Positions 56,275 to 64,000 of a stretch of DNA of 64,000 nt are shown here, in pieces. Source of the DNA: the human T2T-CHM13v2.0 reference genome, Homo sapiens. The stretch lies in assembly GCF_009914755.1 (NCBI RefSeq), contig NC_060931.1. One strand, given 5' to 3'. The position numbers were made by a program, and so were the translations under genes. Under the pieces are notes generated by a model that did no database searches, had not been told where the DNA came from, and saw only the letters and a list, made by a program, of their open reading frames with translations. Every line of letters starts with the position of its first letter. The first letter of the stretch is position 1.

Positions 56275-58429
56275 ACTGGTAAATTAGGAAGAAACAATAC
56301 CAAAAAAGATATTTATAATTAATCACTTTGGCCTGTACAGAGAGCATGTTTTCTATGCATTTCCTTATAAAAAGTGTATTTTCCACGTGATAATACCATT
56401 GATTTTTTTTTTTGTCAATGTGAGAACTATATAGAGAGGCTAAAATGTGCAACTGAAATGATGCATCTTTTCAGTGTTCCTCAGTGGCATTCTCAAAATG
56501 ATCGTTATATTCATGGCTTAAAATTAACTAAATTAAGTTTTCAATGCAAGTGTTCCCTAAAGTCAAAGCTTTTCTTCATTTCTTCATTAGAGATTAATTT
56601 GTAGCATGTCTCATTGAATGGATTGTTCACAGTGATTGTTTTTCAGTTAGACCTCTTAGAAATAGTTTTATTTTAGAAAGGCAGAATAATTATAGACTGT
56701 TAAATGTCTAAGTGACCCTGAATAGTTCTAGGAAGGTGTACAGAATACTGATACTTCCTTAATGCCATATATGCTGGAAATTTTAGAGTAAATATACATT
56801 AATTAAAATATCTACCATAACTTTCAAGCACTTACTTTTGAATAACTGTAGTCTTTAGTCTTCAGTAAAATCCTGATGCAAAGTACAACTTAGTCTAAAT
56901 TAGGATTTTCCTGATAGAGTCTAAGGAGTACAAGCCACTCTGGTCTTTGGAAAGTCAAGATTCTTAAATGTTAATGTGGCATTTCCTGTGTTGACCATTT
57001 GGATAATGGATTACTCCATCATTTCTTTTGTATACCCACCCTTTATAAGGATTATTTCTTAATCCTTATATGTTTCACATACATCATGAAACAACAAAAG
57101 GCTTCATTATCAGGAGCTTCTATTCGCTTCAGCAGAACCATTTGAAACATCTAAACAGTTGAGAAATGCATCCCAGTAATATACTCAGAAGGCCTAGGAA
57201 ACAAGAATAGTGAAAATAGCTATTAGCTCAAATTCATTAGGGGTTAATTAGCCATGTTGCAGTCTACTTAATTTTCTACTTTCCACACTGAATTAGTCAT
57301 GTGTATTACTTAACCCAGCCACTATTGCCAGATCAGTTAGCACTACGATTCCTTTTCCTCAGCAATGCTTCATATTATGACTTAGATCATAAACCAGAGC
57401 ACCAGGTAAAAATCACAGCCAATCTGAGTGTGCTGCATGGGGCCTCGTGATACTTCCTGTTAATTTAGATGTTGACAGGGCCAGTATCAGTAATGAAATT
57501 AGTTCAGGGCATAACTCCTTGAACATAGCAGGCACTTAGTAAATGTTTTATCAAATTGAATTAAATTAACAAAATGCTTCCAGTGAGGGCCTGAAATCTT
57601 CTACCTTGCTTTTATTTGCCAAATTGGCTACTTAATCAAATGAATCAACCATTTTTCTTATTTTTGCAAGTACTATCATTTCTTTTCCTTTTTTTTTTCT
57701 CCCTCACATTTCAAAAACTGATAGTAACAATTATTAATGTCTTATAGTACTGGGACGTTCCTCTCTAGTCATCCATTTATCTCTGCTAAGAATTTCTCTT
57801 AGGATTAAATAGTATGATTACTATTTCCACATATTTCCACAGTATTTTGGTCATTAACATACATATTTAAAGCAATATATTTAATTATATGCCTATTTTA
57901 TCCCTTGCTAAATGTGGATTTTATTTACTGAAACTGTTCTCTCTGACTTTCTACTTTGACTTCTCTTTCTTTTTCTTAAACAATCTTTCCTATAGTACCT
58001 ACTCTGGCACAAAAAACACTGTTATATTCCAGAAGTTCTTTTTTAACCCAAAAGTTAGAGAATTGGCATAGCTACTGACATTGAAAGAGGAAATGAAGAT
58101 AAGGCTAAAAACAGGAGGACTTGTTAAAAGTCTGTTTAGGATATATTTACCCTCAGATTTTTCTCTCTTACTTCATATACCTGTGCCACTGCTTCTATCA
58201 GAATTGCAGCTGAGCACTGGAGTTTTAGTTTCTGAAAATGGTAAAATAGAGATTCCTTGGACTGAGGGACATAAGTCATAGCTGAGTGTGAGGGCTGTTA
58301 TTCTGAAATCAGGCAAAGTTTACATTAATGACTGCTGACACTTCTGTTCTTTTTCCTATTGGCTGGCATCCAGGAATATAACTTCAGACAAAAGACTAGA
58401 AAGTCTTTTCTGAAAAATCTGATAAGCAC

Positions 58430-59680
58430 CAGGATGGTGCAGGTGGAGGCGGGAGATAGACACTAACATCAGTGGTTCTCCAATAAAAGAGACCAGCCAG
58501 ATCACCTACAAAGACGACTACAATGCATCAGCCTTACCTCCAGACACAAAACTCCAGTCAGCCCCACTTAAATATGAGCAGACAGCCAAGAAGAGTAATG
58601 TTTGAGGAAACCTTATAATAGGAAACAGAGACCAAAACAAACAGGAAAAGCAACTTAGAGGAAACAGGGATTATCCAGAAATTAAGAAAAACTTAAAAAA
58701 TGAAAATTAATATCCCTAGCAGAAATAAGAGAAGATATTGTATTCATGAAACAAGAGTAGTATAGTATATGAAAGGAACTTTCAGAAAACAAGAACTCTT
58801 AGAAATAAAAAATAAAGTGAAATAAAAATCTCAGAAGATAGAACTGAAGAAATATCCATGAAGGTGGGAAAAAAAGACAAAAAAGAAAAAGGACCCTAGG
58901 AAGCAGCAGGATATTCCATAACTAAATTATAGGTCTACAGAGAAAAAAAGGAGAGAAAATAGAGAGGGCCATAAAAAAAATTAAGAAAAATTCCCAAAAT
59001 GGAAAACAGGAATTCTCAAAATGAAAGGACCCAGTGGATGAAAACAGACCTACATCCTCACCAAGGCAGTCATCTCAAAATTGCAGAACCCTCAAGTTAG
59101 AAAGAAAACCCTACAACTGTCAGAAGAAAAAAAAAATAAAAGTTTTTCTAGAAAGTACATCTAGAAAAGAAGCAGAAAAGCAATGATTTGTCAAAAGTGG
59201 CAGAGGAAGTTAGGTGACAAAAAGAAAAAAAACTATCAGATTCTAAGAAAATTGATTTTCAACCTGGAATTGTTTATCTAACCACACTACCAGTTCCATG
59301 TAAGGGAAGAATACGGACGTTTTCAGACATACAAGTTCTCAGAAAACTTATCTTCCATGCAGTCTTCCATAGAATCTACCAAACCGAAGGAGTTTACATA
59401 AAAATAGGAAAACATGGGCTACAAGAAATGGGGATTCTAGAGTAGTTACGGAAAGAGAAAGATCTCCAGAGTGATCATGACAGGATATGCCAAGATAACA
59501 GCTCTGCCACAGGCCTAGGAAGCAGCTAGCCCAGAGAGGAATAGCTGATCTCTCAGGAGAGCTTTGTGGAGGAGCAGGATGTTGATTAGAATACCTAATG
59601 TGTTAGGATTTATTGAAAAAAAAAATTGTCCATCATAAGAGAGTTTGGAGTTGAGTACTTTAAACAACGAATAAAACTGT
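58430..59680 (+). mobile_element. Old L1M 5'/ORF1 relic (approximate)
   Basis: A-rich; aaaattcccaaaa, tttcaacctggaatt and ttttcagacatacaag resemble ORF1 relic motifs. Confidence 0.65.
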
Positions 59681-59682
59681 TA

Positions 59683-60189
59683 TAAGGAATTTAGCATCTA
59701 TGTTCATCAAGGATATTGGTCTGTAGTTTTCTTTTTTGGTTATGTCCTTTCCTGGTTTTGGTATTAGGGTGATAGATACTGGCTTCATAGAATGATTTAG
59801 GGAGGGTTCCCTCTTTCTCTATCTTGTGGAATAGTGTCAATAGGATTAGTACCAATTCTTTGAATGTCTGGCAGAATTCTGTGAATCCATCTGGTCTTGG
59901 ACTTTTTTTTGTTGGTAATTTTTAAATTACCATTTCAATCTCACTGCTTGTTATTTAACATACACAAGTCAATAAATGTGATACACCACATAAACAGAAT
60001 TAAAAACCAAAATCACATGATCATCTCAATAAATGCAGAAAAAGCATTTGACAAAATCCAGCATCCCTTTATGCATCCCTGGTGTGAAACCCACTTGATC
60101 ATGGCGGGTTATCTTTCTGATATGTTATTGGATTCGGTTAGCTAGTATTTTGTTAAGTATTTTAGCATCTATGTTCATCAGGGATATTG
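59683..60189. mobile_element. Rearranged internal L1P ORF2 fragment (minus/plus/minus segments)
   Basis: The plus segment translates [40 protein letters not shown] (L1 RT); the flanking segments are antisense ORF2. Confidence 0.88.
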
Positions 60190-60354
60190 CTGTACGATTG
60201 ATTATAAGATCACAGAACTTGCAAGTTTGACAGAACCTCAGCCAGTAGTCAGCTGCAATGACAAGCACTGCCATTTATTGAGAATTTATGATACACAAGA
60301 TGCTATACTGCAGATTTTAGGATATCGTCTCTAATCTTCACAATCCTGTGTAAG

Positions 60355-61118
<764 letters not shown>

Positions 61119-61600
61119 GTAAGTATTAATGCCTCCATTTTTCTGATGACAAAACTAAGTTTCAAAGATTGAGTAACTTTACAAAAACCATGACTAAGTA
61201 ACTGGCACAGGCAGGACTGGAACCTAGGCCAGTGTAACTCTTAGACCAGACTCTTTCAACAGCAGTAATAGTTGGCATTTGTAGAACACCAACCAGGTAG
61301 GAAGCAGGCTGTGGTCTATGCACTCTAATGTGGTACCTCATCTAGTCCTTACAGCAGCCTATGGGGGAAGGTGGTGGCCGCCCTCATTTCTCAGAGGAGG
61401 AAATTGAGGCCAAGCTTGGTGGAAACAGGATTTAAAGCTGTACAGTCAAACTCCAGTGCCCACGCACTTAATCTCAACACCTCTTTGCTATCTCCTAGCA
61501 GTTTATGAATGAGAAAACCGAGCCAGGATGTCTGACTCTCTCCTGAGGTCACACATCAAGGTGCTGCCACAGCCAGATCTAGAACCCAGGTTAACTCTTG
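61119..61600 (-). mobile_element. Cluster of MIR fragments
   Basis: Repeated cores gatgacaaaactaag, gaggaggaaattgaggc, gaatgagaaaaccgag. Confidence 0.7.
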
Positions 61601-63743
61601 TCTCATCTAGGGCCTTGTCTTCTTGAAGAACATACTTACTGTGGAAATACAGGTGAAAATTCCGCATCAAACAGAGATACCAAATAACAGCTCTAAATAG
61701 ACAATGATGCATTTGCTCTCTCCTTCTTGTTAGTGTAGTTTAATTTCCTGAGAAGCTTTACACATACCCCTGAGCTTTTCTGTCACAGCTAATTGTGCAA
61801 CTTCCAAGTAGTTGTCCTGCCTATGTTTGTTACTTGGGCTCATTAACATACCCTTTACCGTAGATGACACTCTCATTAGGTTAAATTAATTAAAAGATGA
61901 TCATTGGGGCTACATAGCTTCAGCCCGGGCAGAGATGTGCCACCTTCGACCCTCTGGTTCCCTTCGACAGCCTCTGTGGAGATGTACCCCCAAGACATTT
62001 AAAAGGCTGTGCTCTTATTTTCTGTCACTCTTTATATACTATCTAAATCTTACCACACAAACAACATTTAGCATGCAAGTTAAACAGATTTAAATTTAAG
62101 CAAAATTGAGTGTCACCACATGTGCTTATGCCAGATCTGTATAATTCTTTTGAGGTTTTTGGAAACGTGAACCAAGCCATTTACGCTTCATAGGAACAGA
62201 TTATATCATTTGAAATCCTCAATAAAAATGCAGTCTCATATTCTACAGATGGGTGTCATTTAATTAAAATATGTATTTAAAATGCAAAGGGCTACGTTAA
62301 TTCCACACTGTGGCTGAGATTTTAATTGCACTCAAGTTAGGAAATTCGGAGTTAATGTTCCCCTGGCATCTCTCATTCAGCCTCTTAGAACAGATGTATT
62401 GTGATCCAAAGAGGATTTCAATATGTTTTCACATGCTGCACATGTAGGAAGGGCTTTGAGATACAGGGTGGCAGCATGATAAAAACAGGAGTTGATCCCG
62501 AGCAAAGGAAGGGAGTACCGCAGCCTGTGGCTGCCTTCCCTGTCCCCGCACTTCACCAGGTAGCCCTTGCTAATCACTCACGGCAGTTGTGCCTCGTCCC
62601 ACTTCCCTAGATCAGGTATCACAGAAAGGTTGTTGGGGTGCTCCCATTTTTGTTTTGGTGGGGCAGAGGGGAGGCATCTGTAGTACTCAGAACTGTAAAA
62701 ATGCTCATAAATTAAAAACTCAGTGAATGCTTTTTAGTTGTAGAGTACATTTTAGGGTATACATTAAGGGTTTAGGGTACACATCAGCCTCGCATAAGTA
62801 CTGTTGTAATACACTAGAAAATCTATTCCACAGTGCAACACACACATTTTGAACCCTCAGGAATTTCTCTTTAGACCAAAGGCAGCCCGGAGGCAAAAGA
62901 AACGCCAACACCTGAGGGTGTTTCTGACAAGGCAAGGAGTGAAAGGAAAGTGACAAATAGATGTTGTGGGCCTCAGAACCCCATGAAATAACTGCAGTGT
63001 GAAGGATTTGGGGGAAAGACTGGTTTTACGCTTAAATTATTAGAGAGTTATCCATGATATTAAAGTGTCAAAAAGGAAAGAATTGAGAATTCCCATGAAA
63101 GCAGAGAAGAACGTGAAATTGGCACTGAGTAAGAAAGTATATTGTCTTTTCATTCATTCTGTTACTTCAATCCTTTAAGCCTGCTCTGTGCCCAGGACTG
63201 TGTTAGGCATGGGGCATTCATCACTGACCATTAGATATGGTGTCACTTTGGGGATTACAACCTAATGGGGCCATTATCTACATAAGACATGAGTTGAATT
63301 AATGCAGAGGCTTCTGTTTTATTTTTAACGTGGTTACCTAGGAAATACAGACAATTATGGAGAAAAGAAGAAAGGAGTAGTTCATCTTGAAAGGATGACT
63401 GTTAAGAATGTTAAGTACAGAAATAGGGACTTGTCTTATATATTTTATGAGAATGTTTTTATTATGTATGTATGCCCCTGTGAAATCTTTTTAATTAAAA
63501 TCTGCAAAGCTAGTATGAGGTAATATATGAGAAAGAACTTTAAGTTCTTAGAAAAATAGGCAGTGTGTAAGTCTTTGGGGAAGAAAGTAAACCCCAAACC
63601 TCCTTAGAAAAATCAGCAAAAGAACCAGTCATAGAATTCAGACCTCCTGGCTCCTTGTCCAGTTCGTTATGTCAGAGTCACAATTTTTTATATTGCAAAA
63701 CAAAGCCAGCTAAGTTGAAGAACCAACCATATTTTTCTCTTGA

Positions 63744-64000
63744 GTTTTTTTTTTCTTCTTCTTTCTATATACTTTAAGTTCTGGGATACATGTGCAGAAT
63801 GTGCAGGTTTGTTACCTAGGTATACACGGGCCATGGTGGTTTGCTGCACCCATCAACCGGTCATCTACATTAGGTATTTCTCCTAATGCTCTCCCTCCCC
63901 TAGCCCCCGACCTCCCGACAGGCCCCAGTGTGTGATGATCCCCTCCCTGTGTCCATGTGTTCTCATTGTTCAACTCCCGCTTATGAGTGAGAACATGCGG
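63744..64000 (-). mobile_element. L1PA7-like 3' end (continues beyond the window)
   Basis: tatactttaagttctgggatacatgtgcagaa...ttatgagtgagaacatgcgg. Confidence 0.9.

Noticed and set aside
59897-60145. Reverse-transcriptase-like ORF as a functional RT gene
   Set aside because: Only about 40 aa of L1 ORF2, flanked by antisense L1 sequence.

Overview
Primate, most likely human, genomic DNA (abundant Alu, L1PA, LTR17). The whole window lies inside EXOC4 (exocyst subunit Sec8), transcribed on the + strand. Only two coding exons are present: 17012-17167 (156 nt, phase 2-2) and 37311-37489 (179 nt, phase 2-1), recalled as exons 13 and 14. The rest is intron packed with transposon relics: about 17 Alu/FLAM copies, L1 and L2 fragments, MIRs, solo LTRs (LTR17/HERV-W, MER52, MLT2, MLT1) and hAT elements. 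Nearly all ORFs in the supplied track are repeat-derived or chance. I found no evidence for a wholly new biological system. The most unusual structures are: (i) a 63-bp near-perfect direct repeat bracketing the symmetric 156-nt exon; (ii) a ~500-bp internal L1 ORF2 fragment that is circularly permuted, partly inverted and terminally redundant; (iii) a sense-oriented LTR17 upstream of a strong cryptic acceptor followed by an ATG in frame with EXOC4; (iv) recursive-splice-like AG|GTAAG sites; (v) several short tandem duplications. Repeat subfamily calls and exon numbers come from memory and were not computed.
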